From Paraspadella gotoi (lineage: Eukaryota; Animalia; Chaetognatha), in assembly GCA_051294375.1 (NCBI GenBank), contig CM119268.1, forward strand, positions 1,229,218 to 1,293,217: a stretch of 64,000 bases of DNA. Reading direction: 5' to 3'. This document shows positions 14,964-27,036 of the stretch, in pieces. The position numbers were made by a program, and so were the translations under genes. The notes beneath the pieces were generated by a model. It saw nothing but the letters and a program-made list of their open reading frames with translations. It was not told the DNA's origin and searched no databases. The first letter of the stretch is position 1. Every line of letters starts with the position of its first letter.

Positions 14964-15870
14964 TTCTCTTCATCCTCGTCTCTCTCCTCTCTCTCTCTCT
15001 CTCTCCCTCTTCTCTCTCTCTCTCTCCTTCTCTCTCTCTCTCCTTCTCTTCTCTCTCTTCTCTCTCTCTCTCTCTCTCTTCTCTCTTTCACTGTCTCTTC
15101 TGTCGCAGTTATGTGTCAGTCACCCCGGCCGTGAGATCATACGACGAGCAGAGTACAGCGTTCGTTCGTCGTCCGATCCCTTGGCGCGCGCAAGTCGCTC
15201 GATCCGGCGTGGTTGATACTGGCCTCCGAAATAGGGAGGGCTAGGCAGGATCGCTCTTGACGCTTTCTTACCTGATCGCACCAGAAGAGTGCTGCTCGCC
15301 CGCTAGGTTCTTGTACGGTTCACAATTTCAGTCTCGCAAAGATGGTTACCTCATAGGGGAATTCACTGGCTGTCGGGAGTATTGCTTCGCTCATGTCCAC
15401 TCAGATTTCATCCTACGGTCGAGTATTACGTGCCATTCATAGTTTCAGTCGAGCGTCAGATTAATTAACGGAAATCAAAAAATTAAATCGATATGTTGCC
15501 GAGGATGTTCGGATGCTTTCGGAAGAACCGTATAGCACCTTTACGTATCAATGTCAATGAAGAAAGCAAAGAGGAAGAAGTGAGACGATAGAGAAAAGGC
15601 GAAAAAGAGATTAGAAAAAAAAAAAGAATTGGGACCTTATTTTTCCAAGAAACGGCCCATTTCATCTATTTTCCCCAAAACGCCCCATTTTGTACCTCTT
15701 GAGTTCTTGTTCAAGAACGGAACTACTTTTATGTGTATTTTTCCCCGATGAACCCTATTTTATGTCGTGTCTTCCCAAGGCTACGCGAAACTGGATCCTT
15801 GTTAGATAAAACCGTGCTAAGTAAACGGCCGAAGAAATGCTATTAGTAACTTTTTTAACCCCTCTAACAG
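12120..15870 (+). repeat. Second copy of the duplicated block (matches 600-3240 and 6340-7100; 14150-14253 also matches 7236-7341)
   Basis: Shared anchors such as ggttgaaaaaaagaaaaactttaaactttagaat (6375 / 14828) and gattagaaaaaaaa...ccttatttt (6882 / 15609); differences are mostly indels. Confidence 0.88.
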
Positions 15871-15879
15871 CACTGGGAA

Positions 15880-16075
15880 GGGTTCCTAGGTTTTGAACGC
15901 AGGGCTTGAAGGTTTCCACGCCCCTAAAACAGCTTCCCGCAAAGAAGTATTGGGTTGGGATTGAACCCGGTACTTAATGGTCATGATCTGATAGCTTGAC
16001 TCAATGAGCCACCGGGTCACTACTAAAAGTATCATGCTTATAGGTGGAGCGAACTTATGCAATGCCCGACTACAG
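15880..16075 (-). mobile_element. tRNA-headed SINE-like repeat; other copies at 5419-5700 (+), 35791-35990 (+), 37230-37380 (+)
   Basis: Reverse complement gacccggTGGCTCATTGAGtcaag...accgGGTTCAATCCCaaccc shows Pol III A and B boxes at tRNA spacing; downstream gaagcgtgaggacg and ggggcgtgg blocks are shared among copies. Confidence 0.7.
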
Positions 16076-16769
16076 ACCCATTTCATGTTATTTTCCCATC
16101 TTATTTTTTATTTTCTTCATAAATTCGTAATTTGGTTAAGTTTTTTAATTAAAGATTAGGTTAAAGGTTAGTGTTAGGGATTAAGGTTGAAGATTAGGTT
16201 AATAATTAAGGTTAAAGGTTAGGGTTTAAGGTTAGGGTTAAAAATTATATTTAAATGTTTAAGGTTGGGGTTCAGGATTAAGTTATAGTTTGAGATTAAG
16301 GTTAGGGATTAGGATTAAAGATTATGTCATAAGTTTAAGTATATGGTTAGATTAAATTTTAAGATTAAAATTTATTTGGGGATAATGGAACCGAAATGGG
16401 CTGCTCTGGGAAAAGAGAGCCAAGAATAAAAAGTTGTCTGGATTCGTGGCACAAACACAGAAGAAGTCAAAATCGCAATATATTGAGTTCCGATATAAAG
16501 CGAACATTTTTTTTTTTCAAAATATAGTCAGATTTTAGTATTATAGTTTAGCAGTGCAATTGCACCGGAGTTGACGATAACGAAAAAAAAGAGAGTTAAA
16601 TTCAAGGGACATTGTCGAAGGATGACATGGACGACGCGAGGGATTAATCTCGCATTAGACCTGACATGGAGCGTCTAAGTTCCTCTTTGCCAATCTCTCC
16701 GCCCGAGTTTTGACAACATTTTTTCTTGCTCAGAATATCCTTAGGCTTAGGCAAGCCTTTTACCCCTTT

Positions 16770-17170
16770 CCATTTTCATCTCTCTCGCCTTTGCCCTTTG
16801 TCCGTCTTTCCCTGCCCTTGCTCTGCTCCCATCTCCGCGCCTTTGCCCTCCCTTGTCCGCTTTTCCCTGCCCTTGCTCTGCTCCCTCCCGCCTTTGCCCT
16901 ACCCTTTGTCCGCTTTTCCCTGCCCTTCTCTCTCCTCCGCCTTTGCCCTACCCTTTGACTCGCCTTTCCCTGCCCTTACTCTGCTCCCTCCCGCCTTTGC
17001 CCTAACCTTTTGTCCCCTTTCCCTGCCCTTGCTCTGCCTCCTCCCGCCTTTGCCCTACCCTTTGACCGCCTTTCCCTGCCCTTACTCTGCTCCCTCCCGC
17101 CTTTGCCCTACCCTTTGTCCGCCTTTCCCTGCCCTTGCTCTGCTCCCTCCCGCCTTTGCCCTACCCTTGG
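16770..17170 (+). repeat. About 53-bp pyrimidine-rich minisatellite (about 7 copies), decaying into a C/T-only tract to about 17830
   Basis: Unit ccttgctctgctccctcccgcctttgccctaccctttgtccgcctttccctgc. Confidence 0.85.
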
Positions 17171-19008
17171 TACGGCTGTCCCAACCCTTGTCCCTTCCCT
17201 TCTCCTTTCTTCCTCTTCCCCTTCTCTTCCCCCTTCCCTTCTCCTTCCTCTCTTCCATCCCCTCCTTTTCCCTTCCCCTTCTTTCCTTCCCCCTCCCTCC
17301 CTTCCCTTCTTCTTTCTCTTTCCTTTTCCCTTCTCTTCTCTTCCCTTCCTTTCCTCTTTCCTTCCCCTTCCCTTCCCCCTTCCCCTTCCCCTCCATCTTT
17401 CTCTTTCCCCTTTCCCTCCCTTCCCCCTTCCCTTCCTTCTCCCTTTCCTTCCCCTTCCCTTCCCCCTCCCCTTATTTTCTTTCCCCCTCCATTCCCTTCC
17501 CCACCTTCCCTTTCTCTTCCTTCCCTTCCCTTTCCCCCTTTCCTTCCCCTTCCCTTCCCCCTTCTTTCTCTTTCCCATTCCCTTCCCTTCCCTTTCTCTT
17601 TCCTTCCCCTTCCCTTCCGCCTCCCCCTTTCTTTTTCTTTTCCTTCCGTTCCCCTTCCCTCCCCTTCCCTCCCTTTCTCTTTCCTTCCCTTCTTTCCCTT
17701 CCCCTTTCCTCTTCCTCCCCTTCCCTTCCCCCTTCCACTCCCTTTCTTTTTCTTCCCTTTCCCCCCTTCCCTTCCCCTCCACTTCCCTTCCCTTCCCCTT
17801 TCTCATTCCCCTCATACCTCCTTTTGCCTTTGTCAGCCGAAAACCATTCTTATGATGCGTCTCCATCCATTGTTGTCCAAAAAAACGACGTCGGTGTGAC
17901 CTTCGTTGTCGTTGCTGCTTGCGCTGTCGTCGTCACTTGCTGCTGCTGTTGCTCTGTTGAAATATTGGCCCCTGTTTCCGTTTTGTTTTTTACAAACTGA
18001 ATCTACAAATCCTTCCCTTCACCTCGAAGCAAATTAATTCTCGCTACGAGATTCGAACCCGAACCCTCGCGTCCCGCGTCTCGCTCGCTCCGACCTAAGC
18101 CAGTTAATCCCCGTCCTGATTGTTTCCTCGGTCGGAACACAAAGCCGACGTGTTTTGAGTCGGGGCGCGCGGGCGTCTGTTGTTCGGGTTGTCGGTCTGA
18201 CGGAACTGGCGCCGAAAATAGCCGGTCGACGACGACGCACGAAATATCAACGCCTCCTCAGTGGCCTCTCGACCGGATCTTTTGTTTGACAACGGGTCCA
18301 TCGAACGGAATCGGCATTTTGGCAAAACGACAGAAGCCCCGACAGGTGCAAAGGAGGTTCGTCTCTCGACCTCGTTTTGGCAACGTTTTCAGAAAAAAAA
18401 GAGAAAGAAATGGGAATGAACGTTTGATGATCGAATCCAGTCTTTTTTTGACTTCAGGCAAGAAAGCTGATCAGGGTTCTCCGTAACTTGTAAATAATAT
18501 TATTATTACAATATAGTATATACGCATTTTTATTTTCGCGAGGAGAAAAGAAAAGAAAACCGGTTTGAAAATAAGATTATCACATGTTGTATGATGTATG
18601 TCTACTATAAAACTGAGGCAGAAAGTAATTTAACCTTGTGTTGTATAGATGCTCCCTCTATTTCCAGAAGACAACACTAACACCCCCCTCTCAGAAAAAA
18701 AAGATAACTTTTAATTTTTTTTTTCCCCGAAAGTACGACACACAAATAACACGTCATTTCAATGCACTTGGATACGTAAAAGGGTACATTCGGGGTACAC
18801 ACATTTAAGCGCTATTCGGTACACGATTCTCCAGAAATCAGAAATCTAGAATTTTCGAAAAAGAATCGATTGGACTAAAAAAGGGGGTTAATCGATGGCA
18901 AAGTTCGTTCTCTTCTTAATGCTTTATCTCGAGACGAAAGGAGCAAAGTTCGATGTGAAAAAAAAGAGATTAAATAAGCCAAAAACGCTCCCTCTCTCTC
19001 TCTCTTCT

Positions 19009-19054
<46 letters not shown>

Positions 19055-20537
19055 GTCTCCTCTCTCTCTCTCTCCCTTCTCACCACCCTGGTCCCATTTC
19101 TGGTGATTAACCCATATATTCCTCAATAAAGATCAATCACAAGTGAACATCTTTGAAAAGTTGACGAAGAAACGTCACGCGGTTCGCGTCTAAAACAAAA
19201 AAATAAAATTTGACTTTTAATTCTCGAAAGCTTTCACTTAGTATAATAAGTATACCTTCCTTACTAATATCAAAAGCAGGAATTAGCGTAACGTTTTCCA
19301 ACTATTAGTTATATAATTAGTAAGCTTAGTTCTTGGTTATTGTATGACATGCTTCGAAAGTTATTACTCAATTAAATACAGAAATAAATTTGTAACCATA
19401 TCGATGAAAGAATAGCGAAAAAGGTGAGACGGCGAAATCAGGATTAATCTCGAACTGATCATTTGTTAATTCGTTCGCGTTTAGTTACCTCATTCGCCGG
19501 CAGAGGCGTCCTTTGTAGACAGTTATTGTTAGCAGTTTTTTTCTCTCGATTCGTTTTTGCTCGAAACAGAAGTTTCATTTGCGCCAGATGATTTTTTCCC
19601 GCTTGGCTTCTGCTTGGTTTCGACTCGGTAGCTTTGCTTGGCTTCTTGCTTGCTTCGGCTAGGGTTTTTGCTTGGCTTCCTCGATGAGGCGAAGAATCAA
19701 ATTTATTTGGTTCTTGGGTCTTCTAGCTTTTTTTTTCTTTTTAGTTGCGCCTGTCGGTCTGTCCGTCTGTCGGTCGGTCTGTCCCCACTTATGAAATTGG
19801 TACCAACCAATATTAAAATTTATCCATTCATTTAATAAATAAGCTATCTTGCTCCTGACTTTGGACAGGCTTATGTGATAAACGCTTATAATTTGCCTAT
19901 AGTTATTTGTTCATTTGTTAAGTTAGGAAAAAACTTCAAATCTCAGTGACTGCTAGCGCCGCCCCTTCAGGAAATCCTAAAACTAAAAAAAAAAAAAAAC
20001 AAAAGACAGAATTCCGATGCCGTTCTTGTCATAAATATACAAGCTAAGAAACTCATTGTTGTCATTCAGTCATGTCATGTCACGTAATGTCATGTCATGT
20101 CACGAGAAATATTAAGTGATAAGGCAGTCACTCGCGGTGCAACGCATTTGAATTATCGTTTTTACTGTTTTTAAACCGATTTAGTTTTAATTCTTTTTTT
20201 TTTTTTTTCTCATTCCCTTTTTCTTGCCTCTCAATTGCCCTATTTATCTCTTTTCTCCGTTTTTGTCTTCTTATTTTCGTCTCTCTCTCTCTTCCTCTCC
20301 TCTCTCTCTTCTCCTCTCTCTCTCTTCTCTCTTCCCTCTCTCTCTCTCTCATCACACACACTAAATATTCCGCTTTCCTCCATTACCCCAACCGGTATTT
20401 CTTTCCTTCCTCACTTCTTCACTCGTCAACCTGGACTCGACACCAGTGGTCACCTCTATTGTCCATTTCACTCGCCACATCGCAATCCAAGGGTCATTTT
20501 CCGCCATTTTTTTTTCTCTCTCTCTCTCTCTCTCTTA

Positions 20538-20569
<32 letters not shown>

Positions 20570-20824
20570 CTCTCTCCTCTCCTCTCTCTCTCCTCTCTCT
20601 CTCTCTCACCGCGAGGCCGTGAAGCCGTGAGGCCACGAGCCGTGAGACTTTATCGATTCATTTTTTTCTTTTTAGCCTCGAATAATTTTTCCGTATTTTT
20701 ATTGCCTATCGTAAAGACGCCATTTTTTGGCGTTGGTGTTAAACTTTGTTTACGCGTCAACACTTGGATTCACTGAACGAGTTACAGTCAAACTTGGCTT
20801 TTGCTTTTATCAATCATGCGTGTG

Positions 20825-20880
<56 letters not shown>

Positions 20881-21044
20881 CCTCTCTCTCTCTCTGTCTC
20901 TCTCTCTCTGTCGCGATCCATCTCAATTTCCCCTTCCTCTTTCCTTTTTCCCGCGCTACCCCCTTGCCAAGTCCTTCGCGCTGCACTCGCCCTCTCTTGA
21001 CTAAAAAAGTTTTGTCTCTCTCTCTCTCTCTTTCCGTCTTCCCT

Positions 21045-21111
<67 letters not shown>

Positions 21112-21435
21112 CTCTCTCGTCAGCGCAACGCGTCTCGCTTCCCATATTTCTTCCGTCTCCTTTTATTATTTAGGTTAATTATTTTTAAGCGAAAAAAGAT
21201 GACAAGTAAGAAGAAAACTAAAGTCAACAACCGACTTTTTTTTTTTAAACGTGAGGCTCCAATTATCTCTTTGTTCTTAGACTTTGTCAAATCATTGAAT
21301 AGTAGCCACGTATGGACGTTGATAAAACCGACATAAAAAGTATCCATTCATTCAACCTAATAAGCCATCATTACTTGGTTTAATTATATCCGCCATCGCT
21401 TAATACTTTAATCGAGACTATTTCCACAGTTAGTT

Positions 21436-21691
21436 GGCTCTCTTTTCCGAGAGTGCCCCATTTTTATTTGTTTATTCCAAAATTAAATTGTAATCTTACT
21501 ATTTAACCGAAACTCTGCATCCTTTAATTTTTAACCCAGACCTCTAATCTTAAATGAAAGTCCCTGACCCAAATCCGTAATCTTAATCACAAACCAAGTC
21601 CCAAACCTTAATCACTAACGAAATCGATAACCTAATATTTAATCTAATTCTGAATTAAAGATAAAATAAGGCGTTCTGGGAAAATAAGGCC
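21436..21691. mobile_element. MITE-like element with GGCCTTATTTTCCCAGAACGCC-type TIRs and internal degenerate CCTAA/TTAGG repeats; related copies at 15631-16421, about 6907-7035, about 10330-10505 and 40566
   Basis: ggctctcttttccgagagtgccc at the left end and aggcgttctgggaaaataaggcc at the right end; the same termini recur at the other positions. Confidence 0.55.
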
Positions 21692-21909
21692 ATTTAGTTT
21701 ACGTAATAAAAGTATTTGGCATCATTATTGTTGAATGCAAAGACCAATCTTTACCAAAAGTTTATTAGTTAGATAGATAGTTAAATAGTTTGTCTGTCAT
21801 TTACAAATTTTGTATTTTCAACTCATGTTTATCTTGTCATCAACTTAATTAATATATACACTATATCATGACAAATTTTGTTGTTTGTTTATTATTTTTG
21901 CGATATATA

Positions 21910-22454
21910 CAGTCATGTGCAAAAAAATCGCGCCATTTTACATCAGACTTTGAAAATCAGCCTTTTAATTAATTTTTTTAATTAAAAAAAAAATTTGAAG
22001 TTTTACAGATTTGCATAATTTTTTTTTAAATTGGGCTATTTGTTTAAGAGCAGTATTTTTTTTAAATGAACTATTCTACCGTGAAGCTGAACATGAAGAC
22101 TAATCTTCTTTCTTCTGATATTTTATATTTTTAATAGCTTAAAAATGAACAGAATTAATACTGGCCATCCGGAGGGAGAGCTAGATAACTAGATTGACCC
22201 AAATCCTTAAATAATAATTTCAAAGTTATTCAAAAGTATTAATTCTTTAGCTTTTAAATAAAATTTGATTTTCTCTTCTGATTTTGGAACACTCAAGTTT
22301 AAAAATTATATCTTTTAAACAACTTAATCAATTGTAATAAAATTTATACACATTGATTTTCTTTTTAAATTTTTTATATAATTTTTAAAAATATTTTTAT
22401 GAAGTGTTTGGAATTTTAAGTTATAAAGTAGCGCTTTTTTTTTGCACATGAGTG
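21910..22454. mobile_element. Non-autonomous Tc1/mariner-type element (MITE)
   Basis: TA|CAGTCATGTGCAAAAAAATCGCGC ... GCGCTTTTTTTTTGCACATGAGTG|TA: about 24-bp TIRs and a TA target duplication. Confidence 0.8.
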
Positions 22455-22773
22455 TATACACACATTTTAAAGCGACGAATTTGATGGTTGACGATGTCGC
22501 TGTCACTCATCCGGATCGTAGAGGGCAGAGTTTAAAGGTCGTCGAACTTTGGATCCAAGAATCGAAAGTCTCAAGGATATTTCGATCCGAAGGGGGGGGG
22601 GGCGCAGGAGCGGAGGGGGGAGGGGGGAAGGGGTCTCGTCCGAAAAATTTCTTCCATTGTGAATAAGTGAAAATTTTCAATTTTTTTGGCGGATATGAGA
22701 TTCAGAATAAATAATTTAAGCTAATCCTGATGATACTTAGCTAAGTGAACCCTTTTCCTTTGCGTGGATGGAG

Positions 22774-22839
<66 letters not shown>

Positions 22840-24479
22840 AGCAATGCAAGAGTTGTCGGTTGCGCGACGAATAAAAACAAAAAAGAAAATAACAGAAAAC
22901 AAGTTCGATTTTTTTTCCTCACCATTTCTGGACACGACGACGTGGTCGGAAAGGAATGAATATAAATGAAAAATTAACAAGAAGCCTTATAAATATAATG
23001 AACTGAAAACGTCTCGGCCACGATACGACGCCTTCGCTCCAACAGAGCTTTCCATCAAACGACTTTCCTGTGGGACTCTTTTACAGTTCAGCTTCTTTAT
23101 CTTGCAGCATATGAAACGAAATGTTTTTTTTTACTTTTTTTTGTCGATTAGCATAATCTTAAGGATGTTTAGTATTTACTTAACGTTATTTAAGTGACTT
23201 TCTTTCGTGTAATATTCCTTTCTTTATAAAAATAAAAACTTTGCCAATCTCTCAGTGACTTCCTTTATAATATTTTGACTCATTAAATTTTTTATCTTTA
23301 ATCGTATCAAATTTAAATACTTTTTTTTCTCTATTCATTGATTTTATTTCCCGCTTTCACTCTGTCATTAAACACCTGTAACTCTTTAAACAAAAAAAAA
23401 AAAAATCCCTTTCGCGAATTCCAATTTTCCGAATTTAGTTCGAAATTGCGAAATAAAACAAATGAACTTTGGTTAGAATAATGATTATGACGCAGTAGGA
23501 TAAGACGACGACGACGACGACGACTGACGGACGCCCCTGGCCTTGTGAGCAACTGACTCGGCGTTAGATAACATTTCTTCTTCTTTCTATTTTTCTCTCT
23601 CCTTCCAGTTTCTCGTTCTCGACTTTTGACTTGACTTAAAAAGCGCAAACTTCAACAAAATTTTAATGACGACTCGACTTCATTTTTTTGACGCCTCGTG
23701 GTCGTCGTTCTAGTCGTCGTCTTTGTCATCGTCTTCGTCGTCCTAGTCGTCGTCTTTGTCATCGTAGACGGCAGTGTCGTCCTTTTCGTCGTCGTTGTCA
23801 TCGAACCACCAAAGCCTGTTCCAAAGTCAGGGGCAAGATAGCTTATTTATTAAATGAATGAATAATTTTATGTTAGTTGTACCAACTTCATAAACATTTT
23901 TCTTCTTTTCTCTATTTTCCTAATATTTGTATAAAACTTAAGGAATGAATTAATTCTTGAATATCAGAGTAGAAAGTTTTCTTTTTTCGTATGAAGAGGA
24001 TTTCCCTTTCGAGTTGAGATGAAATGACAAAGAGACAGATTATGACGTTGATTATGATAAGGATGACGATGATGACGACGATGATGACGATGTTGATGAT
24101 AATTATCACAACAAAACAAACAATAAAATATATTCATTGTTCCAAAAAAGCATTGCCGTAAAAAAAGAGGTAAGATTAAACTTGATTAAAACGAATTAAA
24201 TTGAAATAATACATTTATTTATCAATTTTAATTAAATTTCATATCTTACTAAAATATTAAAACTCGTCCTTATCTTTTGCTTAGAAGTGAATTTTTTTCT
24301 CTTCTTCCTGCGTCAATTTTTAATCTCATTTCATGTTTAAAATTTAAAATTTAAAGTTAAACGAACTTTTAAAATTGTTTGCAAACCTTCTGACGACGAC
24401 GAGGAGGTGAACAAAAAAAGGTGACCTTTAATTTTGAAGGAAAAAAATTATAAAAAATTAATTTTATATAATTTTATTT

Positions 24480-24526
<47 letters not shown>

Positions 24527-26081
24527 GGACGAGTAATTCCATTAGTCACGGACTGAAAAGCAGACTGTGATTTTTTTTTCTTTCCCCTTTTCGTTGTTCT
24601 ATTTCGCATAAAAATTAGGCGCCAAATAATCTCATTTGCATAATGTGGTTCCACCTTTTCTCCCTCTTTTAAATCTGATTCTGGGTGATGATAGGATTTT
24701 TTTTCCTTCAATTATTTCTAGCTTTAGTTTAGAATTCAAATGTCTGTTAAATCTCTGAAGCATTTAAGGTACGATTCTCATCAACTTGATTCTCATCAAC
24801 TTGATTCTCATCAATTATTCGATTTTACATATATTTCACGGAAGTAAAAGATGCTTGCAAATTATTTAAAAAAATTTTAGTCTGTGAAAGAGATAAGAAT
24901 AAAAGCAAGAGTCCTTGGGATATTAAAGAATTATCTCACGAAATTATCAATAGAAAAAAAATAGCCGGGGGCGATGAAAATAATGAAAAAAGATGAGAGC
25001 AAACATTCATAAATAATAAAATATACATGAAGCGAATAGATATACCTTCTCACTTAGAATCTAAGACTCGTAATTCATTTCTAAAATACTAAATGAGAGA
25101 AATATCAGGTAATTGTATTACAAGAATCTATGATACGTCAGTAAACTTGTTCATACAATCCTAATTTCGAAATTACCTCATTTGCTGACTACCATTTGCT
25201 TTCGTTACACTTACGTACTACTAGTAGGCTGAAGAGGGCTACCCCTAACTATCTTGCAGCTATGGAACGGGACCTGGGTAATTTCTGCTACGTACTACAT
25301 GTTATAATTTGTACGTCCATTGACCAATACGTACATCGTCAGCCCATCGGGCCGAAAGCAGATTTCAAGTCAACAACAAAATTTAAAATCAGAAAAGAGA
25401 CAACAATTGAAAGGAGAAAGTTGGCGAGGGGAAAATTGGTTAATTAACCGCGAGGAGGAAAACAAAAGAACAACATTCGATTGAAAAAAAAAAGATTTTT
25501 GGTTTTGTGTTTTGTTTGTTTTTGTCTGATTAAGCGGAAGTTAGGAATTTCCTAACGAGAGAGAGAGAGAGAGAGAAATGGGTAGTTTAAAATGGTTACT
25601 GGATAGATTTACTTCTATCTACATTGGTAGTTAATTTTCATTTTTTTTTTTCAAATTAGCTACGGCTACATTAAATTAGAAGACGGGGCCCGTGCGTGTC
25701 TGTCATCCTTCTTGATTCTAGCAGACACGTAGAGTTTTTAATATTGTCGATTATATTAGATAATATGTATCAAACCAATTACATACGAATATATTTGCCG
25801 TTACTAGATAGTACAATCAAGTCAGTGCGAGAAACAATGTTGTACATATTCAAAGGTTAAAAGAAAGCTTCCCTTTGCGGGTTTGAACCCCCTCACTCCC
25901 TCCCCCCCCCAAAACAAAAAACACAAAAAACAAACAAAAAAACAAAGGCTAATTCTTCGCTTGATTGGGAACAGCCGCACGCGGGATGTGAAGTCCACAT
26001 TGTGGACGGGAGAAGAAACGAACAACAAAACAAAACGCGAACGAAACGGTTTTCCGTCGTCGCCGCCAGGTTTAGCGCGCG

Positions 26082-26123
<42 letters not shown>

Positions 26124-26870
26124 GAACGCGGCGCCAGAACGGCGCTTTTTTCTTCTTCCGTCGCGAGACTTTCTTTTTTTTTTCCTTCGCTTCATCACGC
26201 GCGAGAATTCGTCGTTGTTTTCGCCGCAAGACTTCGCCGAAAGACTTCGCCTTTTCTGAGTTCGTCGTTGTCTTCGTCCTGGAATTCGCCGCTGATTTCG
26301 CCGCAGAAGAGATATACTTATCATTTATGACCTCAAAATTATTTCGATTAACTTCTTTTATCACTTTTTCGAAAACGTCTTTTGTTTTTTGTTGTTTATT
26401 TGTTTTTTTTTTTTTTATTAATTCCACATTTATTTTATTACTATTACATTTTCTTATTTTATTTTATTATTTATTACATTTCATTATCACATATTACATT
26501 TCCACTAATCGGACTTCGTATGTGTTCTCTTCAGTTTTGTTTGAACTCCCGAAACAAAATCTCAAATTGGCGCCAGAATTAAATTAAAAACTTGGGCTCC
26601 AAAATCTGTTTGGAACAAATAAATCCAACCTCATTTAAATTCATCTCTATATCAATCTGTATCGGATGTTTAAAAAATTTATCGGGCGGCCAAATCTCTC
26701 AAACGAATGCCGCAAATTAATTTATTGTCAAAATCAACTGAATCGTACTTTTCAAAACACAATCACGCCGACAAATCTCGATAGATGGAGGAATCTTGAT
26801 CGAACTCATAATCTAAATCTTAAACTTAAATCCAAATCTTAAACTTAAATCCAAATCTCCTTCCGACGTC

Positions 26871-27036
26871 ATGGTAGCGGCTTTCTCGGTCTACGAGAGC
26901 GCCCAGTTGGTGACGGGCCTCTTCATCTATCCTCCGGTCTGCGTCGTCGGCATCTGCGGAAATCTACTTTCTCTTTGGGTCTTGAATCACTGCAAGAGGA
27001 TCGTCAGCTCAACCAATACTTATCTCAAGTTTTTGG
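26871..27036 (+). CDS. GPCR exon 1 (short N-terminus, TM1, ICL1, start of TM2)
   Basis: MVAAFSVYESAQLVTGLFIYPPVCVVGICGNLLSLWVLNHCKRIVSSTNTYLKFL; donor G|GTAAAT at 27037, phase 1; in-frame TAA upstream at 26814. Confidence 0.88.

Noticed and set aside
16140-16330. Interstitial telomeric TTAGGG repeats
   Set aside because: Only scattered degenerate hexamers, lying inside a MITE-like element.
22727-22755. Hammerhead-like CTGATGA-t-ACTTAGCTAAGT-GAAC
   Set aside because: GAAA is replaced by GAAC, and there is no stem III palindrome, cleavage triplet or stem I.
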